This document shows positions 28,944 through 38,485 of a stretch of DNA of 64,000 nucleotides, piece by piece (the stretch's first letter is position 1; every line of letters begins with the position of its first letter). The stretch lies in the NCBI GenBank assembly GCA_023229865.1, contig JALNYL010000006.1, positions 5,597 through 69,596 of the forward strand. The letters run 5' to 3'. The position numbers and the translations under genes are program-made. A model generated the notes under the pieces. That model did not search any database. It had not been told where the DNA came from and saw only the letters and a program-made list of their open reading frames with translations. This stretch comes from Minisyncoccota bacterium (GTDB lineage Bacteria > Patescibacteriota > Minisyncoccia > Phycocordibacterales > UBA1550).

Positions 28944-29717
28944 TTAGTAAATTCTATTTGTTTTAGTGGAGAATCGTTTGATGACTGCGATCATAACGAT
29001 GATCCCCACGATTGCTGCCCAGAATTGAGAGAATACCAAAAGGGTTTTTAGTGTTCCGTCATTCTCCATTATAGATAAATTAAAGTATGCGTGCAAGAGA
29101 GTTGCGATCAAAATTCCCAGCCCGACCATGATAAATTTGATGTACTTCGGGGTATTGAAGGCGAAAGCCATGGCGATACCAATAAATGCGGAAGATACAA
29201 TGTGTACAATCGTCGCGCCAATAAAACGCATATTGCCGTTTCCAAAAACTTCCATCACCCCTCCGTGCGCGAGATCTTTTACGATGTAGAGAATATTTTC
29301 CATCGCTGCAAAGCCGAGCGCAGCCGTGATGAGGTACATGATTGCATCCATCGGCTCGTCAAAAAATTTACTTTTATATGCGATGAGAAATACGGTTGCA
29401 TATTTAGCTACTTCTTCAATAAATGCCCAGAGGGTTATTTTCGTTTCTTGCTCGGTTGGGGGAACTATTGCAAATTGCTCCGCAAGAGCGCCGACCGTAT
29501 CCATGATGGGAGAGATGGATGCAGCGACGAGTTTCTGGAGGGGGAGGACGAAGTATACAACCGCCATTCCTGCGAAGAATGAAATCGCGATAAGACCTTT
29601 CGGTTCAGGAGACTCTCTGTCTTGTCGGAGCCAAAACCAAAGCCACACAAGCGACGGGAGGATTCCTCCAAGAATCGCGTACAGGTATGACTGCCAGGTT
29701 AAAATGGTTTCGGCCAT
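28944..29717 (-). CDS. prsW: PrsW-family intramembrane metalloprotease
   Basis: EEVAK, GFAAMEN, H...H..FN motifs. Confidence 0.88.
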   Translation of the reverse strand: MAETILTWQSYLYAILGGILPSLVWLWFWLRQDRESPEPKGLIAISFFAGMAVVYFVLPLQKLVAASISPIMDTVGALAEQFAIVPPTEQETKITLWAFIEEVAKYATVFLIAYKSKFFDEPMDAIMYLITAALGFAAMENILYIVKDLAHGGVMEVFGNGNMRFIGATIVHIVSSAFIGIAMAFAFNTPKYIKFIMVGLGILIATLLHAYFNLSIMENDGTLKTLLVFSQFWAAIVGIIVMIAVIKRFSTKTNRIY

Positions 29718-31843
29718 GGTTCAATAATAAGAAGCGAAGAATCCTTTTTAGGAAGAAGACTCCAGAGCTCTTCGGTCACGAACGGAATGAAAGGATGAAG
29801 CATTTTGATATTCGCCGCGAGAATCTGGAGGAGCACCCACTGCGCTGCGTCTTTTGATGCAGTGTCATCTCCCGCGAGACGAGGCTTCATTTCTTCGATG
29901 ATGGTGTCAGCAAATGTGTTCCAGAAATAGTGATAGAGTTCTTCTCCTGCGAGATGGAAGCGGAAGTTTTCATAATGATTCGTGATACTCTCGATTGCAA
30001 CATTGAGTTCGCGCAAAATTTCTTCATCGCGTTCGGTGAGTGTTGGGCGTGGTGTGTCGAGTGTCGTATCACCGATGTTTGAAAGCGTGAAGCGTGCACC
30101 GTTCCACATTTTGTTACAGAAATGTTTGTAGCCTTTGATCTTGTCTTCGGCGAGTGCGATGTCGTTGCCAGGAGTATTGCCGATGACGAGGCCAATGCGG
30201 AGCGCGTCGGCGCCGTATTTGTCGGTGAGCTCAATAGGGGAGACGACGTTACCCTTACTCTTGGACATCTTTTTGCCATGCTTGTCGTTGACCATACCGT
30301 GGAGATATACCGTGCGGAAAGGCACCTCTTTTGCGAGATAAAGCCCAAAAATGACCATACGCGGAATCCACTTAAAAATGAGGTCGCGGCCGGTTTCCAT
30401 GACGTCCGTAGGGTAGAAGCTCAAATCACGCTTCTCAGGGTATCCTAGGGCCAAAAGAGGCCATTGGCCAGATGAGAACCAGGTGTCAAAAGTGTCTGAT
30501 TCTGCCACGAGGGGCGCTCCGCAGGAAGGGCAGGCGTCGCCCGCTTTGTGGTCGGTATCGAGGGCGCCGTTATTGCATCCAGTGCAGACAAGAGCAGGGA
30601 TTTTGATACCCCAAACGATCTGGCGGGAAATGTTCCAGTCCATCGTGTTGTCCATCCAGTACAAAAAGATTTTTTCGAAATTGTCGGGAATGAATTTCAC
30701 TTTTCCTTCGCGCACAGCATCAGCTGCCATCTTTGCGAGGGGTGCCATCTTTACAAACCACTGCGGCATCACGCGTGGTTCAATAGTTGTGGCGCACTTG
30801 TAGCAGGTCGGTACTGCGTGGGTGTAGTCCTCGATTTTTTCGATGAGCCCAAGTGCCTGCAAATCTTCAACAACTTTTGTACGCGCCTCGGCGATTTTCA
30901 TCCCTTCATACTTGCCGGTTCCTTCACTTAATTTTCCAAATTGATCGATTACTTCGACGCGAGGGAGGTTGTGCCTCTCAGACATTCTGAAGTCATTGTG
31001 GTCGTGTGCAGGAGTAATCTTGAGCGCCCCAGTACCAAACTCCATATCTACTTCCTCATCACCAATAACCACGAGCGAAAGTTTCCCTTCGGGGTGCTGT
31101 ACTTCGATTGTCTGTCCGATGAATGACTTGTAGCGTGCATCGTTGGGATTCACCGCTACTGCAACGTCACCAAAGATTGTTTCAGGGCGCACCGTTGCAA
31201 CGGTAAAAGGCCCGTACTTGATGTAGTACAGCTTGTCACTCTTTTCGGCTGTCTCAGTCTCCACGTCAGAGAGGGAAGTCTGGTGTTTGGTGCACCAGTT
31301 CACCGTGCGATAACCGCGATACACGAGTCCGTCGCGATAGAGCTTGCGGAATGTTTCTTGCACCTCGGCGACGACGCTCGGGTCGAGAGTAAATTTCTCA
31401 CGTGACCAATCACATGATGCGCCGAGTGCTTTCACATCGGCTTCCATGTGCTGTTTGCTGTCGAGGGTGAATGCCATAATCTCATTGTAGAGTTCTTGGC
31501 GATCCATTTTGAAACGTGAGCGACCTTCCTTCTCGAGTTTCTTCTCGTACACCACTTGTGTCTCAAATCCCGCGTGATCGGCACCGGGGACCCAGAGAGC
31601 CTTTTTCCCCTGCATGCGCTGGTAGCGCGTCATTATGTCCTCAAGCGCAATAGTGAGTCCGTGCCCTGCGTGCAAGCGGCCGTTTGCGTTTGGTGGAGGC
31701 ATAATGATCGTGAAAGGCTCCTTATGACGCTCAGGGAGATTGTCGGGATTGAAAAAGCCACTGTCTTCCCAGAGTTTGTAAATACGCGCTTCGGTGGAAG
31801 CAGGGTCGTAAGGTTTCGTAAGTTTTTCGGGGATATCGGTCAT
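29699..31843 (-). CDS. valS: Valine--tRNA ligase (short form lacking the C-terminal coiled coil)
   Basis: PPPN...HAGH, DHAG, DWNISRQ, DTWFSS, KMSKS. Confidence 0.95.
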   Translation of the reverse strand: MTDIPEKLTKPYDPASTEARIYKLWEDSGFFNPDNLPERHKEPFTIIMPPPNANGRLHAGHGLTIALEDIMTRYQRMQGKKALWVPGADHAGFETQVVYEKKLEKEGRSRFKMDRQELYNEIMAFTLDSKQHMEADVKALGASCDWSREKFTLDPSVVAEVQETFRKLYRDGLVYRGYRTVNWCTKHQTSLSDVETETAEKSDKLYYIKYGPFTVATVRPETIFGDVAVAVNPNDARYKSFIGQTIEVQHPEGKLSLVVIGDEEVDMEFGTGALKITPAHDHNDFRMSERHNLPRVEVIDQFGKLSEGTGKYEGMKIAEARTKVVEDLQALGLIEKIEDYTHAVPTCYKCATTIEPRVMPQWFVKMAPLAKMAADAVREGKVKFIPDNFEKIFLYWMDNTMDWNISRQIVWGIKIPALVCTGCNNGALDTDHKAGDACPSCGAPLVAESDTFDTWFSSGQWPLLALGYPEKRDLSFYPTDVMETGRDLIFKWIPRMVIFGLYLAKEVPFRTVYLHGMVNDKHGKKMSKSKGNVVSPIELTDKYGADALRIGLVIGNTPGNDIALAEDKIKGYKHFCNKMWNGARFTLSNIGDTTLDTPRPTLTERDEEILRELNVAIESITNHYENFRFHLAGEELYHYFWNTFADTIIEEMKPRLAGDDTASKDAAQWVLLQILAANIKMLHPFIPFVTEELWSLLPKKDSSLLIIEPWPKPF

Positions 31844-31972
31844 AGTAGGTAGATTTTATCATAATTTTGTGGCATTTCGTAGACATTGACATTTACGCTA
31901 AAATATGCTACTCTGGTCTTAGACTGAAGTTAGGTTATGTCCTTTGTAAATCCTTAGGGAAGGAGCATTAAA

Positions 31973-32332
31973 ATGAGTAAATTTATTTTGTGGGGCTTCG
32001 CTTTGACTGTCTTTGCCCTCTTCTCAACCTTGGGTTATTCAGTTGGTGATTATGCTCTTGCAAAAGAGACAACAGGAAAAGGTGCCGTCATCGGTAAAAA
32101 ATACACAGAGGATAAGGGTTCGATAATCATAGTTAACGATATGGTCGTCCCTCTTTCTCCCCAAGGTAAATGGGGGTTGTATATCAAACGAAGTGGCTCT
32201 ACTGATTCTGGATATGTTGAAGTGCCGCAGGAAATTTACAATTCCGTTACGGATGGAACACAAGTTATCATCTCATATTCCGTGGGCCGTTGGTCAAAGG
32301 AATTGCATATTAGCGCTGTCCATATTCACTAA
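31973..32332 (+). CDS. Hypothetical exported/membrane protein
   Basis: N-terminal TM; SD AGGAG; TTGACA..TATGCT promoter-like sequence upstream. Confidence 0.65.
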   Translation: MSKFILWGFALTVFALFSTLGYSVGDYALAKETTGKGAVIGKKYTEDKGSIIIVNDMVVPLSPQGKWGLYIKRSGSTDSGYVEVPQEIYNSVTDGTQVIISYSVGRWSKELHISAVHIH

Positions 32333-32445
32333 GTTTCATTTGTAGTATTCGAAGCCGCTCAATCTGAGCGGCTTTTTTCTTGACTTCGGTATTTTGAGAG
32401 GACATAATGCAAAGAGAACTGAATCTTTTAAAAAGGGGGACGAAT

Positions 32446-32847
32446 ATGAATCATCCAAATTGTTATTTAACGAGAGGCAAGGATTCTATTGCATCTGCTC
32501 GCAAGAATTTGGAGCGCGTAAGGTTTATTTTTTGTCGTGACTCAAATTCATCATCACTTGATTATGCGACACTCTATTACTTTTGGGCACAACTCGAAAA
32601 GTTTTGGTGGTGGTTCAAACAGTTTAACCGGGGTGGTTGGACGCGCGAAGAAGAAGAGCTTCGTGCGGCGATGACGGTGGTCACCCTTCGACACTATCCT
32701 GATATGTCTCGGCAGCAAATCGAGGATGAAATCAAAACAGTCTTCGCCACGTTCCTTGTTGAAAGAGGGGATTTGTCCAAGATTGACGAGGAACGTCGCG
32801 TGCGCTTCCGCAGATATATCCAAAGTCTCCTTGTTTCTCTCGGATAA
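32446..32847 (+). CDS. Hypothetical protein
   Basis: ORF with purine-rich SD, followed by a hairpin. Confidence 0.5.
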   Translation: MNHPNCYLTRGKDSIASARKNLERVRFIFCRDSNSSSLDYATLYYFWAQLEKFWWWFKQFNRGGWTREEEELRAAMTVVTLRHYPDMSRQQIEDEIKTVFATFLVERGDLSKIDEERRVRFRRYIQSLLVSLG

Positions 32848-32886
32848 CAAAAAGAAAAGCCACCCGCGCGCGGGTGGCTTTGTTTT

Positions 32887-33279
32887 TTACAGTAACTTAT
32901 TGAACCTGCTGACGAAACGCTGGTAGCGTTTTCCGACATCAGGGAAGGAGAGGATCTTCTTGCGACTGCGTGTTGTTGATTTAAGCTTTGGAAGCTTTTC
33001 CTTGAATTGCTCAATCGTGAAGTCGATGTGCTGCCCGCCGGGAAGTTTGTTCCAGTAGTGTGACCGCACCGCTTCGAGCCCGGGGATGTTTTCCAGCGAG
33101 CCGCGCAGAATCACCCCACCGAAATGGTCTTGGGCGAGAAGTGCGACGATCGCGCAGTGTCCCCAGAGCGGATTTTCTTTGCTCCAGCCTGCGCGGTCAT
33201 AGCTCGTGTCTTTCCTCGCTGCCTTTCTGATGAGAGCCAAAAAACGTTCAACCGTCATTTCCTCTTGCTCTTTTTGCAT
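32887..33279 (-). CDS. YunG-like protein
   Basis: WS.ENP..GHC...HYWN...IDFT.EQF. Confidence 0.7.
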   Translation of the reverse strand: MQKEQEEMTVERFLALIRKAARKDTSYDRAGWSKENPLWGHCAIVALLAQDHFGGVILRGSLENIPGLEAVRSHYWNKLPGGQHIDFTIEQFKEKLPKLKSTTRSRKKILSFPDVGKRYQRFVSRFNKLL

Positions 33280-33325
33280 AGCTGCCTCCTTGTAAGTGAA
33301 CTTGCCTCGGATGACACTATCACAA

Positions 33326-34543
33326 TTATTTCTTTTTGCGAAGCTCCGCAAGCGTTTTTGTAACGGGCTTTGCGAGGTGGAGGGTGCCCTGCGCTTTGAT
33401 GTGCTTTTTTGTCTTTCTACGGAGGAGTGCTGCGACGCCAATCATAAGTCCGTTGTCTCCTGAGAGATGAACGTCGGGGATAAAAAGGGAAGTTCCTGAA
33501 AGCTCGCGTGCAACAGTCGTCTCAAATGTTTTTCGAATTTTTTTGTTGGCCGTTACGCCACCGCCAAGAATAATTTCTTTCACTTTGTATTGTTTTGCAG
33601 CGCGAAGAGTTTTTGCGACAAGCACCTCGGTCACTGAGTCTTCAAAATCTTTTGCGATGAGTTCGCGGTCGCGGTCATCGAGTGATTCAAATTTCTTGAT
33701 GGCATACAGCACAGACGTCTTGAGTCCTGAAAAAGAAAAATCGTAGTCATCAGACTTGAGCATGGGGCGGGGGAGCGGTGCGGAAAGTTTTTGTCCCTCG
33801 GGCGCTTTTTCTGCAAGGCGAGAAACCTCGGGTCCGCCAGGGTATGCGAGCCCAAGCATGCGCGCCACCTTATCAAATGCTTCGCCGACAGCGTCGTCGC
33901 GGGTTTGTCCAAGCATCTTGTATTTACCAGCACTCGGCATGAGGACGAGCTCTGTGTGTCCACCCGAGATGAGAAGCGCAAGCGAAGGATATTGAGTGGG
34001 CTTCAACGTGTAAGCACTCTTCTTTTTTGGGACGAGTGCCATAAGGGCGGCGACGATATGTCCCTCCATGTGGTTTACGGGAATGACTGGTACACCCCAG
34101 AGTGCACCGAGGCCTTCGGCCGTGTTGATACCAACCCAGAGCGCAGGCTCGAGTCCTGGACCTGAGGTCACCGCGATAGCATCAATCTTTGGGATTCGGG
34201 AAGAAAGAAGAGACTCTTTCAAAACAGTAAAAAGCTCAGCTTCTTTGTTGAAAATCTTTGCGAGTTGACGCTCTTCTTTTTTGTCGAGCTTGCGCGGGGT
34301 CTTGAGCTTTTTGAGCATCTTTGCCTCTTTGAGTGCGTGAACAAGGAGAGGAATAATATTTTTGCCGTGCTCACGACGAGCGACACTTGGGAAGACGCCA
34401 CCAAACTGCGCGTGAAGAGCAGCCTGAGAAACAAGCGCATTCGAAAGGACGTTTATTTGTTTTGGGAGTGTACGAGTAAGTTTCGCTTCAACGATGGCGA
34501 TACCTGTTTCATCACAACTGGTCTCAATAGCGAGGATGCGCAT
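33326..34543 (-). CDS. tsaD: tRNA N6-threonylcarbamoyltransferase TsaD
   Basis: IETSCDET, HMEGH, SGGHT, DDAVGEAFDK, DNGLMI. Confidence 0.97.
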   Translation of the reverse strand: MRILAIETSCDETGIAIVEAKLTRTLPKQINVLSNALVSQAALHAQFGGVFPSVARREHGKNIIPLLVHALKEAKMLKKLKTPRKLDKKEERQLAKIFNKEAELFTVLKESLLSSRIPKIDAIAVTSGPGLEPALWVGINTAEGLGALWGVPVIPVNHMEGHIVAALMALVPKKKSAYTLKPTQYPSLALLISGGHTELVLMPSAGKYKMLGQTRDDAVGEAFDKVARMLGLAYPGGPEVSRLAEKAPEGQKLSAPLPRPMLKSDDYDFSFSGLKTSVLYAIKKFESLDDRDRELIAKDFEDSVTEVLVAKTLRAAKQYKVKEIILGGGVTANKKIRKTFETTVARELSGTSLFIPDVHLSGDNGLMIGVAALLRRKTKKHIKAQGTLHLAKPVTKTLAELRKKK

Positions 34544-34547
34544 AATA

Positions 34548-35147
34548 TTAGTCTTTTTTAATAAAGAGGGTTGGGTTGCCTCTTAGGACTTCGACGATGA
34601 GTACGAAGTATTCGAGGACAATAGGATCTTCTGCAATCTTGTGATGCTTACCTTCGTAAAGTTTTTCAAGACTTACGTCATTTGTTTGCCATGAACGACC
34701 CTCGTCGAGGAGGATGTTCATAATGGGGAGAAGCTTGTCGAGTGCGTAAATAAATTTACTCTCGGGGTCAGCCTTTTCATCGTAGGCACGTAGGGTTGAG
34801 ATAAGAGAAGGGAAGTCCGCGTATTTTTCTGCGAGGGTCTCGGTAGCTGCGCGCTCGAGGTCAGCCTTCTTCTGCTCCTCCTCCGCAGTGCGATGGAAAA
34901 ACATATCGCCTGCAAACACCTCTACGATGTCGTGGCAGAGTGCATATTGAATCGCTTTTTCTTTATTGAGGTCGAGTCCTTCTTTGTCGATGATGTACCA
35001 AGCGATAAATGCGAGTTGGAAACTATGCTCAGCGTCGTTTTCCATGCGGTCTTCGCCTGTTGCATAGATGCGACGGCGAATCTGCTGAAAACTATGAGTG
35101 AGTCCCACGACACTCATCAAACTCTCCAAATTGGACGTTTTTGTCAT
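34548..35147 (-). CDS. HD-domain phosphohydrolase
   Basis: ENDAEHS, CHD..E...GD, ALDKL. Confidence 0.88.
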   Translation of the reverse strand: MTKTSNLESLMSVVGLTHSFQQIRRRIYATGEDRMENDAEHSFQLAFIAWYIIDKEGLDLNKEKAIQYALCHDIVEVFAGDMFFHRTAEEEQKKADLERAATETLAEKYADFPSLISTLRAYDEKADPESKFIYALDKLLPIMNILLDEGRSWQTNDVSLEKLYEGKHHKIAEDPIVLEYFVLIVEVLRGNPTLFIKKD

Positions 35148-35202
35148 ACTCTGAAATCATAGCAAACTGGGACAGGGATGCCAATTAACCTTGGAATACA
35201 GC

Positions 35203-35376
35203 TTATTTCTCTGACTGTGTCAAAGTCTCTGGCGTTGCGTTTGGGTAATACTTGCAGTCTGCGTGAGGGAAGCAGTGACAACATCTTGCTTGAAATCCTT
35301 CTTGCTTGATGCGGTTATTGCAGGAGGTGTGAATGTTGTGAGGGAGAGCCTCTGGAGTTTTTTGTTCGTTGGTCAT
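35203..35376 (-). CDS. Possible small Cys/His-rich protein (57 aa)
   Basis: MTNEQKTPEALPHNIHTSCNNRIKQEGFQARCCHCFPHADCKYYPNATPETLTQSEK*; fills an intergenic gap. Confidence 0.35.
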   Translation of the reverse strand: MTNEQKTPEALPHNIHTSCNNRIKQEGFQARCCHCFPHADCKYYPNATPETLTQSEK

Positions 35377-35462
35377 GTGTACAGTATATACCTTTTAAAA
35401 AAGAAATTAAGGGTCACAAAAAACAAAAGAGCGCCCTGGGTGGTGCGCTCTTTTGTTTTTTG

Positions 35463-35534
35463 TGACCCTACGGGGAATCGAACCCCGGTTACCGGCTTGA
35501 AAAGCCGATGTCCTAACCGTTAGACGATAGGGCC
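35463..35534 (-). tRNA. tRNA-Glu(TTC)
   Basis: Cloverleaf on the minus strand, anticodon loop TTTTCAA. Confidence 0.95.
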
Positions 35535-35620
35535 AAAACTGACTGGGGTAGTATATCAAATTTTGCCAAAAATGCAAAAAAATGCTACTTTATTAAGGCT
35601 CAATTGAAGCAGTTTCATCT

Positions 35621-35707
35621 GGAGATGTGGCTGAGCGGTTGAAGGCACCGCACTCGAAATGCGGCATATGGGAAACCGTATCGTGAGTTCAAATCTCACC
35701 ATCTCCG
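35621..35707 (+). tRNA. tRNA-Ser(CGA)
   Basis: Long variable arm; anticodon loop CTCGAAA. Confidence 0.95.
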
Positions 35708-35757
35708 CTGTTTGAAAACAAAATAAACATTTCGCAGTTTTAAATAAATTGCAAAAT

Positions 35758-35831
35758 GGGCGATTAGCTCAGATGGTTAGAGTGCTACATTGACATTGTA
35801 GAGGTCGGAGGTTCGATTCCCCCATCGCCCA
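35758..35831 (+). tRNA. tRNA-Val(GAC)
   Basis: Cloverleaf; anticodon loop TTGACAT. Confidence 0.95.
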
Positions 35832-36086
35832 CAAAATCTTAAATCCCAAAATGAACATTTTGGGATTTCTTGATTTTGTAAGTCGATGGGGGAATCGAAA
35901 GCGAGGGCGGGTACCCGTTCAGCAGAACGGGTCGCACGAGCAGGGTCGAGAAATTTTTACAAGCGACGGCGAGGAAAAATGTTCTTGACCGATTTTCGCC
36001 CAAGACGCGAATTTGCTAATTCGCCATCGCCCGCTGGTAAAAACATTAACACTCGCCTAGAGTGTTTTTTGTTTTGTGGGGGATGG
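35832..36086 (+). repeat. tRNA-associated structured element (divergent copy)
   Basis: Antisense 16/16 copy (35884-35899), two-hairpin core with AGCA loop, sense CCATCGCCC (36024-36032), second hairpin ending in an antisense-like TGTGGGGGATGG. Confidence 0.75.
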
Positions 36087-36151
36087 CAGTTTTTTTGACT
36101 TCTTTTTCAAAAGTGCTAGCCTTAGAAAAGATAACCACTACGGGGGTTCAA

Positions 36152-36679
36152 ATGAAAAACTTAGTCCTTTTTATTGCCGCTTTTTCGATCGTCGCATTTT
36201 CTGGGGGAATCGAGCTTGCGCTCGCCTTTACGCTTGCGGTCGCCGCTATTGTCTACGTGATGTACACGAGGCTTACAGTAGACTTGTCGGAGTTTTACCG
36301 CAAGCTCCCGACGTCTTGGCAGGACATTTCAGAAACACTTGAGCTTGCAAACGACAGCAAGTTTTTTGAAGACGGTATTGATTCTGGCGCCATCTTTAGT
36401 TTTTACGAAATGCTTTCTGAGGAAACGGCACTCTTCGATCTTCGTGTTGATTTTGCCACGATGAATGTTTTTGAAAAAAAGTATGATGCGGCGCTTTTCA
36501 AATACCACACGGTTTCGCCGATGTTGCGTGCGAGTATCCATTACGGCATGTCGCTCGAGAAAAACCCCGAACGACTACCCGACATCGCGGGGGCACTGCT
36601 TATCCGCAAACGTCCTCAAGGACGCCTCATGAGAGTCAAGGATTTTCTTTTGTCCCTTACGAAGCCCGTGTTCAATTAA
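36152..36679 (+). CDS. Hypothetical membrane-anchored protein
   Basis: N-terminal TM hairpin; ATG 36152. Confidence 0.6.
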   Translation: MKNLVLFIAAFSIVAFSGGIELALAFTLAVAAIVYVMYTRLTVDLSEFYRKLPTSWQDISETLELANDSKFFEDGIDSGAIFSFYEMLSEETALFDLRVDFATMNVFEKKYDAALFKYHTVSPMLRASIHYGMSLEKNPERLPDIAGALLIRKRPQGRLMRVKDFLLSLTKPVFN

Positions 36680-36746
36680 TCAACAGCGTCGCCGCAAGGT
36701 GGCGCTGTTTTTCCTTTATGATTTTTGTGCTAAACTCATTTTCGCA

Positions 36747-37505
36747 ATGATTAATTACGAGCTTGCCGAAAATACCGAGCGCATACTTAAGGAAAAGTAT
36801 AACGGCGTTGAGACGCCTGAGTTTTTTGCTGATATTGAAAGGCTAAAAGCAGGGGAGCCTGTTGCGTATATTCTCGGCTACGAGGATTTCTTGGGGGTGC
36901 GCGTCGACTTGTCGCATCGTCCCATGATCCCGCGCCCAGAGTCAGCACACTGGACACTACGCGCTATCGACGAGCTCAAGACGCGTGGAGATGAGCCTAT
37001 CCGTGTCATCGATCTCTTTTCTGGTTCGGGGAATATTGGCCTCGCACTTTTGAAGCATCTCTCGAATGCACAGGTTGAATTTTCTGAGCTTGATCCTGAT
37101 CTCAGTGAGCAGATCGCAAAAAGTATTCGTCTCAACAATCTCGATATGGCGCGTGCAAAAATTTTTGCAGGAGATGCGCTCGAAGGGATGGAGGGAAAGT
37201 ATGACGCAATCCTTGGTAATCCTCCCTATATCGCTCCTGAAGCAAAAGATGAGCTCGACCCCGAGATGTCATATGAACCATCACTTGCGTTCTTTGGTGA
37301 CAATCACGGCCTCTATCATCACAAGCTTGTCATCGATACCGCATGGGACTTTTTGAAAGACGGTGGCGTGGTGTATATGGAAGCGGATGAAGACCAACGA
37401 CCCCATATCGAGAAGATGCTCGAGGGCACGCCGTGGACGTATGAATTTTGGGAGGATCAGTACGGGCAAGTGAGATTCCCCGTACTTAGGAAAATAGTGA
37501 AGTAG
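36747..37505 (+). CDS. prmC: HemK/PrmC release-factor glutamine methyltransferase
   Basis: GEPVAYILG, IPRPES, DLFSGSG, NPPYI. Confidence 0.9.
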   Translation: MINYELAENTERILKEKYNGVETPEFFADIERLKAGEPVAYILGYEDFLGVRVDLSHRPMIPRPESAHWTLRAIDELKTRGDEPIRVIDLFSGSGNIGLALLKHLSNAQVEFSELDPDLSEQIAKSIRLNNLDMARAKIFAGDALEGMEGKYDAILGNPPYIAPEAKDELDPEMSYEPSLAFFGDNHGLYHHKLVIDTAWDFLKDGGVVYMEADEDQRPHIEKMLEGTPWTYEFWEDQYGQVRFPVLRKIVK

Positions 37506-37561
37506 CCAATTTAAAAAAACGCGCGACCATTTGGTCGCGCGTTTTTTTAAATTGGCTACTT
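37500..37561. terminator. Perfect 30-bp inverted repeat spanning both convergent stop codons
   Basis: AAGTAGCCAATTTAAAAAAACGCGCGACCA, TT, then its exact reverse complement. Confidence 0.8.
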
Positions 37562-38485
37562 TGAATGTAAATACTGGAAGATGTCTTCGAGTGCGCGCAC
37601 GGCATCACCTGCGGCGATGTTGTTTTGGTGATAGAGGACGTCGGTGCAGTCTCCTGCGGCCCAGATCCCTGGCACGCTCGTCTTTTGCGTGCGGGGGTCG
37701 GTGACGACATTTTTGCTCTCGTTCAAATCAACGACACCCTCGAGGAATCCTGTGTTGGGGAGCTGTCCAATTTCTATAAAGATACCACCAACAGAGAGTT
37801 CCTTTGTCTCTCCCGTTATTCTGTCGCGGATAACGATACCGTTTACAAATTGCTCGCCTTTTACTTCGAGTATTTCTACGTTTGTCGCTGCGCGCATGTT
37901 GGGGTGTGAAAGTACTTTCTCCACCGTGACGGCGTCGGCGCGATTGAACGAAGGGCTGCGATTGATGATGGTAACAGATTTTGCATACGAGAGGAGTTGG
38001 GCAGCTGTCTCAAAAGCAGCATTGCCTGCGCCGATGACCGCGAGATCTTGATCGGCAAACATTGGACCGTCGCATGATGCGCAGTAGGTGAGACCTTTGT
38101 GTTCGTATTTGTCAGCACCGAGGGCTTCGAGCTTGCGGCGATGACTTCCTGTTGATACCAGTATTGTGCGCGCGGTGTATGAGCCTTTCTCTGTGGTTAC
38201 GACAAAATTATCACCTTGTTTTTCGAGCTTCTGTACACGCTCTTCTTTCATCGTGAGCACATCAGCAGCGTATGCCTCAACGTGCGCCTTAAGTGAAGCA
38301 GCAAGCTGGGGCCCCGAGATGGCGATGGTGCCAATCCAGTTTTGGACCTCAGCTGAGTCTGTTGATTGTCCTGCGTAGACCTCAGCGAGCATGAGAGTCT
38401 TCACGCGTTTGCGCGCTGCGTATACTCCAGCAGCGGCTCCTGCGGGGCCACCACCAATAATAATAAGGTCGTAAATATCTTCCAT
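37556..38485 (-). CDS. trxB: Thioredoxin reductase/AhpF-like FAD oxidoreductase
   Basis: GGGPAG, CASCD, GAGNAA, AAGD. Confidence 0.88.
   Translation of the reverse strand: MEDIYDLIIIGGGPAGAAAGVYAARKRVKTLMLAEVYAGQSTDSAEVQNWIGTIAISGPQLAASLKAHVEAYAADVLTMKEERVQKLEKQGDNFVVTTEKGSYTARTILVSTGSHRRKLEALGADKYEHKGLTYCASCDGPMFADQDLAVIGAGNAAFETAAQLLSYAKSVTIINRSPSFNRADAVTVEKVLSHPNMRAATNVEILEVKGEQFVNGIVIRDRITGETKELSVGGIFIEIGQLPNTGFLEGVVDLNESKNVVTDPRTQKTSVPGIWAAGDCTDVLYHQNNIAAGDAVRALEDIFQYLHSK

Noticed and set aside
23921-36086. CRISPR array interpretation of the repeats
   Set aside because: The copies are dispersed, divergent and tRNA-linked, with no regular repeat-spacer period and no cas genes.
35886-36151. 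ORFs starting at 35886, 36062 and 36076
   Set aside because: They overlap the non-coding tRNA-associated element; the plausible start is ATG 36152.
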